Shown one piece after another: positions 1 through 9,370 of a stretch of 64,000 nucleotides of DNA; within the stretch, counting starts at the first letter, position 1; each line of letters starts with the position of its first letter. A program made the translations under genes and the position numbers. The notes below the pieces were generated by a model. It worked only from the letters and a program-made list of their open reading frames with translations. It did no database searches and had not been told where the DNA came from. The stretch lies in the NCBI GenBank assembly GCA_000146465.1, contig CP001946.1. The stretch is one strand, 5' to 3'.

Positions 1-1
1 T

Positions 2-118
2 CTTTATAAGGATGTGAAAATCTCTTTGGGAGTAGGAAAGCCTGTGTTTTTTGGGCTTTACCTGGACGGCACAGCCCATATGAAGCTCTATGTGGCACCC
101 AAGTTCGAAAATGAATGA
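2..118 (+). CDS. 3-prime end of a + strand gene truncated by the window start (frame 2, ...LYKDVKISLGVGKPVFFGLYLDGTAHMKLYVAPKFENE*)
   Basis: Open frame runs from the window edge to TGA at 116-118. Codon composition matches the neighbouring genes. No start codon is visible. Product unknown. Confidence 0.25.
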   Translation, partial: LYKDVKISLGVGKPVFFGLYLDGTAHMKLYVAPKFENE

Positions 119-199
119 CCATTAAAAACAAACTATTCCAGTCTATAACTGTTCCATGGTATGAAATAAACATCTTTAGACCTTCGTTTTATTTCCCAG

Positions 200-931
200 T
201 TAGTCCCTATAGTAGTTTATGTAAATTATTGAAAGCAGCTTCTGATATAACTCTTCTCTACTTTTGAGCTTTTCCTCGGCCTTCTTGACCTCCGAAGCCA
301 TGTAGTTCCATTTGTCCCTCAGAACCCTCCACTCCACAGGGTTAGTGACCTCAAGGACATCAAGTAAATCAATCTTTTTTTTCTTGTTGAACGTCATATC
401 CAACCAGAAACATACCATGTCCACTAGAACATGTATGTTAAGAACACTTGCTCTGTCTGGGTTCTCAACATAGTCATGATAGAAGAATGACACCTTTTGT
501 AGATTAATGTAGTTTACGTCACTGTATACTTGGAATATCCCTCTAGGCCTGTATGGGTTACGCCCGGGGCCCTCAAAGATCCTTAAATAGGATGTATTAT
601 GAAGCACAGTAGCCGTCACGGCCGCTAATTCGTATTGCCTCGTGCTACAAAACTCATAAAGGAAGTTTAAAACCATTACAATGTATTCGCTTCTTTCTTT
701 GGTTATTTGCATTCCTATCCTCTTGTATGCTGGAACACACATTCCAAAATACACCCTATGAAGATATTCGCCTTGGGAAATCATCTTATTTTCATCACTC
801 GGAGGATTCAGCTCTTTAAGCGGATTAACATAGTTCTCGTTTATATACACGTCGTATAAATGAGAGATGTACTTCGCATGTAATCCCCGAACTGCAAATA
901 CAAGAACACCTAGAAGCGGTAGTCTTTGCAT
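200..931 (-). CDS. hypothetical protein with N-terminal signal peptide/anchor (243 aa)
   Basis: ATG verified at 929-931 (cat on + strand). N-terminus MQRLPLLGVLVFAVRGLHA is a classic cleavable signal or signal anchor. No family recognised by eye. Diverges from gene 1171-2427 across a 236-bp AT-rich spacer. Confidence 0.5.
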   Translation of the reverse strand: MQRLPLLGVLVFAVRGLHAKYISHLYDVYINENYVNPLKELNPPSDENKMISQGEYLHRVYFGMCVPAYKRIGMQITKERSEYIVMVLNFLYEFCSTRQYELAAVTATVLHNTSYLRIFEGPGRNPYRPRGIFQVYSDVNYINLQKVSFFYHDYVENPDRASVLNIHVLVDMVCFWLDMTFNKKKKIDLLDVLEVTNPVEWRVLRDKWNYMASEVKKAEEKLKSREELYQKLLSIIYINYYRD

Positions 932-1170
932 AGGTGGCGATTTTAAGGTTTCTTAAATACTTTTCTAGAAATATTTAATACAATCGCAAATTTTCGACGT
1001 TAATTATCATTTCCAAGTGATACTCCGCGTGGAATTAATATACCTGAAAGTAATACTGGAATTTAATTTCAATCACTCTGTGATGTTTTAATTAACAGCA
1101 CAAAGGATTTCTCTCAATCTTCTGGACTCACGTCAATCCTCGGGTTTGTGCAGCTAGGGCCTCTACATTG

Positions 1171-2427
1171 ATGCAGACACATTATACATTAGAGCTTGCG
1201 TCGGAAAGCCTTATGGAAAGCGAGGATAACATGAAGGAATATACAATGATTTCGGGAATGGTTAAGAACAGATACTACACAATTTATGGAGTGATAGTAG
1301 ATTGGCTGGAGTGGAAAAGATGCCGAGGAGGAGATTACATGATGACCTTGGATCTGATTGATGAATGTATGAAAAAATTATCTGTTAAGATTTTCAGTCC
1401 AAAGAAAATATTCTCTAAAGGATTCTGTGTTGGAGAGGTTGTAAAGATAAGGAACCTAAGGATTTACGATGCATGCAGGGCGGTGACTGATCGTAGCAAT
1501 GACATTGAGGTGATATTCACGCCATACGAATCTCCCAGCGATGTTATTGCTCCTTTTCCAAAGCGGCTTATGGAGTTTTTTAATCAGAACAGGGAAATTT
1601 TTGTGAAAGAAAGGAAAATATCTGAAATAGAGGAGGGAAGGTATTTTGATTTCAACGGAGAGTTGATAGACAAACAGAAGGAAAGATGCAACTTAATTCT
1701 CCTTAGATTTGTAGATTATAGCAGAAACAAGCGGGTTCAGGGCCAAGACACCACCGAGAACTATCCAAAGGACATGGTTCTGATTGTGAAAGCATGGGGA
1801 TGCTTTGCCATGGAAGCCGAGAAGTGCGAAATTGGGGGATGGTATAGACTTAGGAATCTGAAGGCAGACGAAGTGGGATATCGTTTGTATGCAAGTCTGT
1901 CTGAGTCAAGCAAGGGGAGCATTTCCAACATAGGAAGAGACACGACTCTCGGGAAGTACTTCCAAACAAAAAAGGACAAGTACATGGAAGGTTTTGCACT
2001 CCGGCAAGGAGGAATGAAGGTTCCGGATGGAATTGCAAGATACAGACTGACTGAAATTAAGGACATACTTTTGCCAGGTGTGTACCGGATTAGGGTTTGT
2101 ATAAAAAGATATATGCCATCTGGAGGAATGGAAGTGTTTTTCTGCAAAACCTGTGGATCGGAAGACAGAGGAGTAGATGGAGATTGCAAATGTAGTATTC
2201 CCGAGATAAAGAAAATCAAGGTAGTAAAATTGCTGCTCTGGGATGGGAAACAGGAGATAATAGCTGTATGCCGAAACAAGCTTGTAGAACATATATTTAT
2301 CAAGGAAAACGATGGATATCTAAGCAGAAGAATGTTTGATTGCATGATTCTGAACGTTAGGGGTGTGGAGGGAATGGTCTACCATCTTATTGATCTTGGC
2401 TTTTTTGAAGTCGAAAAGGAAGGTTGA
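1171..2427 (+). CDS. hypothetical protein with C-terminal C4 zinc-ribbon (CKTCGSEDRGVDGDCKC); possibly an OB-fold/ssDNA-binding-like protein
   Basis: Track ORF begins at TTG 1168. The first ATG is 1171. The frame runs 418 aa. A Cys4 cluster lies near the C-terminus, and GGGCC lies 12 nt upstream of the ATG. Confidence 0.5.
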   Translation: MQTHYTLELASESLMESEDNMKEYTMISGMVKNRYYTIYGVIVDWLEWKRCRGGDYMMTLDLIDECMKKLSVKIFSPKKIFSKGFCVGEVVKIRNLRIYDACRAVTDRSNDIEVIFTPYESPSDVIAPFPKRLMEFFNQNREIFVKERKISEIEEGRYFDFNGELIDKQKERCNLILLRFVDYSRNKRVQGQDTTENYPKDMVLIVKAWGCFAMEAEKCEIGGWYRLRNLKADEVGYRLYASLSESSKGSISNIGRDTTLGKYFQTKKDKYMEGFALRQGGMKVPDGIARYRLTEIKDILLPGVYRIRVCIKRYMPSGGMEVFFCKTCGSEDRGVDGDCKCSIPEIKKIKVVKLLLWDGKQEIIAVCRNKLVEHIFIKENDGYLSRRMFDCMILNVRGVEGMVYHLIDLGFFEVEKEG

Positions 2428-2457
2428 GAAGGGAGCCCATTTGTAGACCAAAATCAT

Positions 2458-2781
2458 TTATTTATCATTTTCGAATAGACCTAGTATCTTAAAGAGGTCT
2501 CCCTCGGAGAATCTCTCTTCCATGTCTTCTATTACAAGTTGGAGACAAACAATCGACCTGGGGTTGAGATCTATCAGTTGTATTGACTCAAACTCTGTCA
2601 AGCCCATGTTCATCAAAGCTTCTCTGACCTTTCCGGCCTTATCTCTGGTCATGGAGAAGGTGCAGAATAGCCTTACCTTTTCCAAGAATTCGGTCTGGCC
2701 GGGATGACTTTCCATGGAGTTATCTATTATATCTAATGCATCTATCTTTGACAGTAGTCGAATTCTCCCCGTTATTTTCAT
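2458..2781 (-). CDS. RNA polymerase subunit of the Rpb4/Rpc9 (HRDC-like) family, 107 aa
   Basis: Small acidic protein with the LTEFE...QLIDLNP motif typical of Rpb4/RPC9/Rpa14-type stalk subunits. ATG verified at 2779-2781. Confidence 0.45.
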   Translation of the reverse strand: MKITGRIRLLSKIDALDIIDNSMESHPGQTEFLEKVRLFCTFSMTRDKAGKVREALMNMGLTEFESIQLIDLNPRSIVCLQLVIEDMEERFSEGDLFKILGLFENDK

Positions 2782-2853
2782 TGGGAGTATCTGACAAGCG
2801 TTAATTTATTAACGGGGGAGATGTTGTAAAGTCTAGAGTTCGACCCATGAAAA

Positions 2854-4014
2854 ATGAAGGAAACCCGTCCGGAAAGGAGGAGGAAAGATAAATCTGATAG
2901 AGCGACAGTAGATAAGGTCCTTGACAAAAGGACCCTGAAGGTCTTGGAGAGGCTGCAGGCTAGAGGAAAACTAACAAACCTCTGGGGAAGTCTTTGCACG
3001 GGGAAGGAGTCTAATGTCTATCTTGCAGAAGCTAGCACATCCCTGTGCAGCAAGTTCATCAAGAACAGATATAATGAATTGGAAGAGACTGGAGATTTAG
3101 AAGAAATGATTCCGGTGGCTGTGAAGATTTTCAAGACGTCGATTATGTCATTCAGAGATAGAGAGAGATACATAAGAAGTGAAAAGCGATTTCAAAGATT
3201 TTGCACATCGAATCCACGGAAGTTAATTAAGTTGTGGGCTGAGAAGGAAGTGCGAAATCTCAAGCGGCTGGGAAATGCCGGAATCCCCTCTCCAGAGCCC
3301 ATTTATCTAAAGAACAACATTCTTATAATGACACAGATAGGAAGGCAAGGAGAGGTAGCACCCAAGTTGCGTGATGCGGAAATAGAAGATATCGAAGGAT
3401 GCTACTTGCAATGTGTAGAAATAATAAAGAACATGTATAAGAAAGCAGGTCTTGTGCATGCAGACTTGTCAGAGTTCAATCTCCTATATTATGAGGGAGT
3501 GGTTTATGCGATAGACGTTGGGCAGAGTGTAGAGATTGACCATGATAACGCTCAGAGGTTTCTGATAATGGACATAAACAATGTCAATAGTTTCTTCGGT
3601 AAGAAAGGTGTTAACACAATTAGAGGAAACGATCTGTTTGAAGAGATTACGGGAAACGTCATTCCATCCTACCTGAAAGACATGGACATTGTCAAGGATG
3701 TTTTTATCCCATCCAGGGTTTCTGAAGTGGGAAACCTAGAAGATCTTGTAGCTTTCAAAGCAGAAAGAGAGGATTCCGAGTCTATGGAGTCTTTATCGTG
3801 CCAGTCTTCAATTGAAAGCGAAAGTTGTCTTGAGGATTCCAGTGCAAATCTTGAGGGAGAAGCAAAAGATGGAGGGGATTCAAAGGAAGAGAAGAAAAAA
3901 AAGAAAAGAGCTGTTAAGGAATTGAACCGAATCAGAAGGGCATCGAGAATCAGTAAGAAGGAAAAGAAAAAGATATTCAAGAAGTATATAGGAATGAAGA
4001 AGAGAAAAAGCTAA
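2854..4014 (+). CDS. RIO1: RIO1 atypical serine/threonine protein kinase
   Basis: RIO signatures are present: STGKESNVY nucleotide-binding loop, VAVKIFKTS, catalytic LVHADLSEFNLL and metal-binding IDVGQSV. The C-terminus is Lys/Glu-rich. CCC lies at -10 of the ATG. Confidence 0.9.
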   Translation: MKETRPERRRKDKSDRATVDKVLDKRTLKVLERLQARGKLTNLWGSLCTGKESNVYLAEASTSLCSKFIKNRYNELEETGDLEEMIPVAVKIFKTSIMSFRDRERYIRSEKRFQRFCTSNPRKLIKLWAEKEVRNLKRLGNAGIPSPEPIYLKNNILIMTQIGRQGEVAPKLRDAEIEDIEGCYLQCVEIIKNMYKKAGLVHADLSEFNLLYYEGVVYAIDVGQSVEIDHDNAQRFLIMDINNVNSFFGKKGVNTIRGNDLFEEITGNVIPSYLKDMDIVKDVFIPSRVSEVGNLEDLVAFKAEREDSESMESLSCQSSIESESCLEDSSANLEGEAKDGGDSKEEKKKKKRAVKELNRIRRASRISKKEKKKIFKKYIGMKKRKS

Positions 4015-4057
4015 CAGCATTTTAGTTATTAAATTTCTTATTCTATTTTAAACCCAT

Positions 4058-4321
4058 ATGATTATTGCAGATCTAGACAGAATATCTATCAGCTCGGAGA
4101 CAAGGCCAAGACAGCAGCATATAGAGGAAGCAAGAAAAATAGTGAAAGCAAACTCGAAATACAGGGGAGATCCTGGATATAAGCACTTCCTTGACGAGAC
4201 AGTCAAAGGTCTTTGCAAAGGATGTAGCAACGAAGACATTTTCCATGTGATCCGATCTTTGCAGAGGATGATAAGGCCTAAAGCTAGGATCCTTGGAGAG
4301 GATTTGTATTACAGAAAATAA
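4058..4321 (+). CDS. small hypothetical protein (87 aa) in the RIO1-Rpn5 spacer
   Basis: ATG at 4058 is preceded by aacccat, the same CCC motif seen upstream of many genes here. Composition is protein-like (charged, YRGDPGYKHFLDETVKGLCKGC). The antisense ORF 4073-4333 looks like a shadow frame. Confidence 0.3.
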   Translation: MIIADLDRISISSETRPRQQHIEEARKIVKANSKYRGDPGYKHFLDETVKGLCKGCSNEDIFHVIRSLQRMIRPKARILGEDLYYRK

Positions 4322-4334
4322 AGATAAACCCACA

Positions 4335-5531
4335 TTAACTTCTTTTAATAGAGAGCTTAAGCCGCTCCTTATGTATAAGGTGATTACACTTGATTAGCTT
4401 GTTCATCACATCATCAACGCTGTCATTCCACTTTCTCTTCCTAAATTCGATAATCCCTGTCTTTTGATTGATCTTACATTTTGTAAACTTGTTGTTGACC
4501 ATGAAGGATATCTTTCGGATGACGTTTTCTGAGGAGCTTTGCATCACCATTGAGATCTCTTGGATGCTGATAGACGAGTAAAACCTTTCAACAATTCTGA
4601 AGTTGTGCTCATCGATTACAGAGCCAAGATCATTCAAGTAGATTGAGACATCTAGGACAGAGGAAAAGGCCTGTTGTATCTCATTGATCATTGACCTGTC
4701 TATAATGATACGTGACAAGAACCTATTTACAATGGATCTGGAAACCTCATCGTTGTTTTTGTCCAGGCTGAGCTTTCTCAACATTTCTATCCTTCTGTCA
4801 ACCACATCTTCCATTTCTGTTTCGCATGTTGTTAGGATACAAAAGAACGAGCTCAGTACAACATAGCAGGTAGAGTTTTCTCCAAGCTTACTGAGGGAGT
4901 AGTAAACGTCGGATGCATTGAAATATCTCCTCTGCCCAAGATGGAGCAATACGATAAGCTCATAGAACTTGATCTTCTCAGCAACAGTATCGTTCTCTTC
5001 AAAGTACTTTCTCCTGATCTTCTTCATGCTTATGTCTGCCCTTATCCAATCTTGGTTCTGCACACACAGCCTTAGTTGCTCAAGCTGGTAGTTGACCACA
5101 ACACTTTCCTTAACCATTGTAAATGTTTCCACCGGAACATTTATAACCACATCCAGTGCACTCTTGATGTCTCCAGACAACTCGTATCTTTTCTTAAGCT
5201 CTTCTGTGATGTATATCCTTTCCTCTTCAAGAAAAATCCTCCCTTCAATCACTTCTCTCAAGATAGAGCTGAAAAACACAACAAACCCTTTCTCTTGCTT
5301 CTTCCTTTCAAATAGCTGCCCAATCATCCATTTGATTGCCATTCGGTTCTGGCCTCTCTTTATTGTAAGGACCCGGGCGAGCCCAACAAGTTCCTCGTCA
5401 GACTTACAAAGATTCATCAGGTCTTCAAATGTCTTTAAAAGTGTCTCGTAGTCATTTTTTACCCTGGCCTTTCTTTCCTTTTCTAAAAGTTCCTCCATTC
5501 CCAAGGGCTGCCCAAGATCACAAAAATCCAT
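4335..5531 (-). CDS. RPN5: 26S proteasome lid subunit Rpn5 (PSMD12), PCI-domain protein
   Basis: The C-terminal PCI/winged-helix region RFYSSISIQEISMVMQSSSENVIRKISFMVNNKFTKCKINQKTGIIEF aligns with the Rpn5 C-terminus. Track start is TTG (5538-5540). The first ATG is 5529-5531. Confidence 0.7.
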   Translation of the reverse strand: MDFCDLGQPLGMEELLEKERKARVKNDYETLLKTFEDLMNLCKSDEELVGLARVLTIKRGQNRMAIKWMIGQLFERKKQEKGFVVFFSSILREVIEGRIFLEEERIYITEELKKRYELSGDIKSALDVVINVPVETFTMVKESVVVNYQLEQLRLCVQNQDWIRADISMKKIRRKYFEENDTVAEKIKFYELIVLLHLGQRRYFNASDVYYSLSKLGENSTCYVVLSSFFCILTTCETEMEDVVDRRIEMLRKLSLDKNNDEVSRSIVNRFLSRIIIDRSMINEIQQAFSSVLDVSIYLNDLGSVIDEHNFRIVERFYSSISIQEISMVMQSSSENVIRKISFMVNNKFTKCKINQKTGIIEFRKRKWNDSVDDVMNKLIKCNHLIHKERLKLSIKRS

Positions 5532-5556
5532 TTCAAACAATAGCTCAACAAAGACT

Positions 5557-6063
5557 TTAATTCCTGATGTTTTTCCTTGGCTTCCAGAAAATGTTTTCTG
5601 GACGGCAGTATGTTTTCATTATAAATGTAAGGAGTATTCCAAAGCTATTGAAGGCCACAAACTGCACAGTGAAGTCGGGAATCACAATCCAGTCTACAAC
5701 CCTGTTCCCCCACACGGCCTTACCTTCGATGACTCCGACGGCTTTGATCACAACGCCTTCATCAATATAGGGCGAGCACTCCCACACTCTACATAGATTC
5801 TTTTCCCAGAGAATGTCAAGCACTCTCTTTCCCTTCAGGCAGAAGATAACAATGGTTGAAGATTTCTTCTCTACTATTCTATATACAGGCATGGATATAA
5901 GGTGTGGTATGACATTTGAAGGATACTCAATGGCCAAGAAGTGTGTGGTTGGATGTGTGGTTGTGTATCTTATGATGCTCTTGGAACAGTCTGTAGAAAT
6001 TATCTCGCATGAGAAACACAATACTGACGAGGCCATAACTAACCATCCAAACAGAATAAACAT
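5557..6063 (-). CDS. hypothetical small membrane protein (N- and C-terminal hydrophobic segments); weak resemblance to signal peptidase complex subunit SPC3
   Basis: ATG verified at 6061-6063. There is an N-terminal TM (FILFGWLVMASSVLCF) and a C-terminal hydrophobic stretch. Only 16 bp separate it from Rpn5. Confidence 0.45.
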   Translation of the reverse strand: MFILFGWLVMASSVLCFSCEIISTDCSKSIIRYTTTHPTTHFLAIEYPSNVIPHLISMPVYRIVEKKSSTIVIFCLKGKRVLDILWEKNLCRVWECSPYIDEGVVIKAVGVIEGKAVWGNRVVDWIVIPDFTVQFVAFNSFGILLTFIMKTYCRPENIFWKPRKNIRN

Positions 6064-6126
6064 CTAGGGATCCCCTTGGGTGCTTCGCAACTTTCATTTA
6101 TGAAAAAGGAATGGATGGGGCCCTAG

Positions 6127-9100
6127 ATGAATCCGTTTGCAGAGGACATACAGTTTGACCCCAGGCTCTATGAGGTAGTTTCTAGAGCCGGGAAAAAGAA
6201 TGACAAGACAAAGCTTAAGGGACTTCGAGAGCTAAATGACATGCTGGACGGTGTTGATTTAGAAGCAAACATCGATACATTGTTAGAGGTGGTAGAGGAT
6301 GCAATGAAGTCTCAAGACCTCCAGATAAAGAACCTATCGATCGATATTCTCTACAGGCTTCTCTCTTCGGTAAAGGATAGGCTGAAGTTCAAGAGGGTGC
6401 TCTCTATTTGGCTTTATGGATTTATAGAAAACCCTGTATATTCCACCTCAAAAAAGATCTTCACTGAGTTTGTGAGGATTGAAGAATTGGAAGACGAATT
6501 CGTGCAGATATTAAACTTTAAGGAAAACCCTGTGCTTGGATTGTCCTGCTTGCAGCTCCTGGTAAAGAAAGGAAGAAAGGACTACTCAGGAGTGATTTCA
6601 GAAAACATCAAGTACCTAGATTTAAACTCTGCAAGGGAGTTGAGGGAAATTTACAAGCTATGCAAGATGCAAGGGAAGATTGAAGGTCTTTACAAAAAGG
6701 TTGTCGAAGTTAGGGGGCCTAATCTTGCAAATCTCAAATGGAAGATTCTCTTAGATATATTTGGTTCGGTCCCAGAGTGTATTAAGAGCGATGGAAAGTA
6801 TCTTGACTCTGAAACGCTTTCAAGGGCTGTGGAGAAGTTGGATGTATGTGATGATATACCGGTGAGGACCATTGATGCACTTCGTATAGTTTTCCCTAAG
6901 ATTAAGGACAAGAGACATTACATGAAAGGATATCTAAAAAACGGATCTATAGAGGAAATATGTATTCTTGAGTTCCTTAACGACTTCCACTTTCTGAACG
7001 AGAATGCAGGTTTTGAGACGGTTAACAAACTGATTGAGAATGTGATGAACATCCATTTTCAAAGCGACAGAGATGTAGAGAAGTCAATCAGCAAAATGAA
7101 CATAGAGGTTCATTCAGAAAGTTGTCCTTCTCCAAACGAGAAGCTTAGGGAAAGCCATGAACACATATGCTCCTTGGACGAATCGGATTTCAGAGGAAGT
7201 ATTCTTAGAATGCTTTTATCTTCGCTAGATGGGCTCCATGGAAAGAAGAAGATAATCCGAGCAGATATCTTGGGGATAGAACTTAATCCAGATGAGTTTT
7301 CAAAGGAAGAGATAGAGGAAGTGTTTCAACATTCGGTTAATGTGTTTCCAAAGGACTATATTCTGAACTCATCTTTTAGCTGCAATCTTCTTCCTTTGGT
7401 GCTAAAGTATCCTGAAGATGTAGGAGAAGAAAAAATAAGGAAAACAATATGCAAGGATAACCTCTTTCTATTTATTCCTGTGTGCAAGGATCTAGATTTT
7501 CTAAGGTCACTTGTATTTTCATATGATAACAGGTCTATAAACGAGATCTATCTATCTTCGGATATCCCTTCTGAGCTAGATCTGGATTTTTACTACAGAC
7601 TCGGAGATAAAATAGATAAGCCTAGGATTGTGGACTACAAAAGAGTTCTAGAACAATATCTGGACCGTGAGTTCATAAGTGGTATGATTGAGAGTGAAAT
7701 AATGGACAGAAATGTATTGTACACTACAGTGGTTGAGCAGTTGAGTTTGACAGATGTTCCCATTAGTACCAGCTATACAAGTGCGTTTTATGATTGGGAC
7801 GAATGCTTTTATAGAGATATTAAGATTCGAGAGCAATCGCAAATGGTTCTGGGGCTTAGAGATGTATATATATGTATACACAAGGGGGCTTTGGAGGCAT
7901 TTCTTCTACTTGTTCTAGATGCCATGTGTGATGATGAGGATGAGTCCTTAGACGAGAAGCTGAAAAGTATGGGAGTACCTGGTGGAAAAAAAGCATTAGC
8001 AGAAAGTGTTCTTGGAAGCCAGTCTGCAATAGAGAAATGGAAAAACACCGATTTGGGAACAAATCAGCACTTTGTTGAAAAGGTGTTTTTCGATCTAGGT
8101 CTTCCATCGAGAAGATGTGGTGATAAAAAACTTGAGCAACTTCTGGAGGAAGGAGGGCCACGAGCGATTGATTATGTTTTTAGGAAGCACATCATTCCTC
8201 CACGATTTGTTGCATCGGTGGACTTTAGTTATCTCAGTAACAAGGCGCTTATGTATGTAATCGGTATCCTGGAACGGGGATCTAGGAATGGCTTCCCAAT
8301 AAGATTTGAGGAATTCCCAGTGGAAGATCTGGAAAGTTGTTTCTGCGTGGATAGAAAGGCTATAGATACCCATCTTTTAGAGTCTCTCGGGCTGGTAAGG
8401 ACTCTTGAAGATCTCGGTATAGAAGAAGTTGTCCAGATGATAGAAAAGGATCAGCAGCTGCAAAGAAAGGAACTTTATAAGAAAAGATACTCCATTTATT
8501 CTCCATTGCTAAGGACCATTTATATCCATGTAGCAAATTCCATACTCAACATGTACAGTATATCGAGGTTGGACATAAACTCTGTCGATGACGAGGTCTA
8601 TTCTCTCTTAAGGGGATGTCTCTTTGAATCGGAGATTTTGTTCTGGAACCTCCTCCTCAATTCTCTTCTAACCATCAGAAACATTAGGGTCAATGCCTTC
8701 CTAGAGAAGATGGTTGGGAAAAACGAGAAATGGAAGGAATTTCTTCAAGATGCAGATCTCGAGCAAAGGTCTCTATTTGCATTTGTATTTCCAAATTTGT
8801 TTGCCACAGCACCCAAGATGGAGATATTTTTGGACCCGTTTATACTAAAGGAGACGTCCATAGGAGTAATAGATGTTTCTGCTAAGACCCAGAAGCTTAC
8901 CAACGGATTCGACATCAGAATTACCTATGAAGCAGGAGGCACTCAATTTACAGCTCTTATATCGATTCCATCAGACTATCCATACAAAAAGCCTATATTT
9001 ACCTCCGAGATGGGAAAGAAAAGTCTTCTTAATCTCAAAATCAACGAGATGATCAAGAGATGTTCAAAGTTCATGGAACTTGTGGGGTTGTGGAAGATCA

Positions 9101-9312
9101 ACATTGACGAGAAGCTTTCTGGCCATGGAGAATGTCCCATATGTTATCTCGTCATAGACATACATGACTCGTCATTTCCAAATGCCCAGTGTGAAACGTG
9201 CAAAAATAAGTTCCATTCACGATGCATTGTAAAATGGGTTGCTGCAGGAACAAGAAACAACTGCCCGATGTGCAGGAGACCTATAGAAGTGATTCCAGGA
9301 AAGGGTACGTAG
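6127..9312 (+). CDS. LTN1: listerin (Ltn1/Rkr1) E3 ubiquitin ligase of ribosome-associated quality control
   Basis: Long HEAT-like N-terminal body. A C-terminal RWD-like segment (ITYEAGGTQFTALISIPSDYPYKKP) is followed by a RING-H2 (CPICY...CETCKNKFHSRCIVKWV...CPMCR), exactly the listerin architecture. GGGCCC lies at -5 of the ATG. Confidence 0.8.
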   Translation: MNPFAEDIQFDPRLYEVVSRAGKKNDKTKLKGLRELNDMLDGVDLEANIDTLLEVVEDAMKSQDLQIKNLSIDILYRLLSSVKDRLKFKRVLSIWLYGFIENPVYSTSKKIFTEFVRIEELEDEFVQILNFKENPVLGLSCLQLLVKKGRKDYSGVISENIKYLDLNSARELREIYKLCKMQGKIEGLYKKVVEVRGPNLANLKWKILLDIFGSVPECIKSDGKYLDSETLSRAVEKLDVCDDIPVRTIDALRIVFPKIKDKRHYMKGYLKNGSIEEICILEFLNDFHFLNENAGFETVNKLIENVMNIHFQSDRDVEKSISKMNIEVHSESCPSPNEKLRESHEHICSLDESDFRGSILRMLLSSLDGLHGKKKIIRADILGIELNPDEFSKEEIEEVFQHSVNVFPKDYILNSSFSCNLLPLVLKYPEDVGEEKIRKTICKDNLFLFIPVCKDLDFLRSLVFSYDNRSINEIYLSSDIPSELDLDFYYRLGDKIDKPRIVDYKRVLEQYLDREFISGMIESEIMDRNVLYTTVVEQLSLTDVPISTSYTSAFYDWDECFYRDIKIREQSQMVLGLRDVYICIHKGALEAFLLLVLDAMCDDEDESLDEKLKSMGVPGGKKALAESVLGSQSAIEKWKNTDLGTNQHFVEKVFFDLGLPSRRCGDKKLEQLLEEGGPRAIDYVFRKHIIPPRFVASVDFSYLSNKALMYVIGILERGSRNGFPIRFEEFPVEDLESCFCVDRKAIDTHLLESLGLVRTLEDLGIEEVVQMIEKDQQLQRKELYKKRYSIYSPLLRTIYIHVANSILNMYSISRLDINSVDDEVYSLLRGCLFESEILFWNLLLNSLLTIRNIRVNAFLEKMVGKNEKWKEFLQDADLEQRSLFAFVFPNLFATAPKMEIFLDPFILKETSIGVIDVSAKTQKLTNGFDIRITYEAGGTQFTALISIPSDYPYKKPIFTSEMGKKSLLNLKINEMIKRCSKFMELVGLWKINIDEKLSGHGECPICYLVIDIHDSSFPNAQCETCKNKFHSRCIVKWVAAGTRNNCPMCRRPIEVIPGKGT

Positions 9313-9370
9313 GCCAGTTCTTTGGTTTCTATCAACAATTTAATTGAATTTTATATCAAGATCACTGCAG

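Noticed and set aside
1761-2345. Antisense ORFs inside the 1171-2427 gene (194 aa, 128 aa, 62 aa). Similar shadow ORFs lie inside most long genes, for example 7648-8373, 10157-10922, 12803-13282, 13460-14878, 22362-23611, 24678-25241, 26933-27331, 32646-33212, 34449-35159, 36345-36776, 38320-38694, 43642-44052, 53763-54121 and 58298-59920.
   Set aside because: They are low-complexity, Ser/Leu/Phe-rich translations of the opposite strand of well-supported conserved genes. They have no motifs, and they are mutually overlapping.
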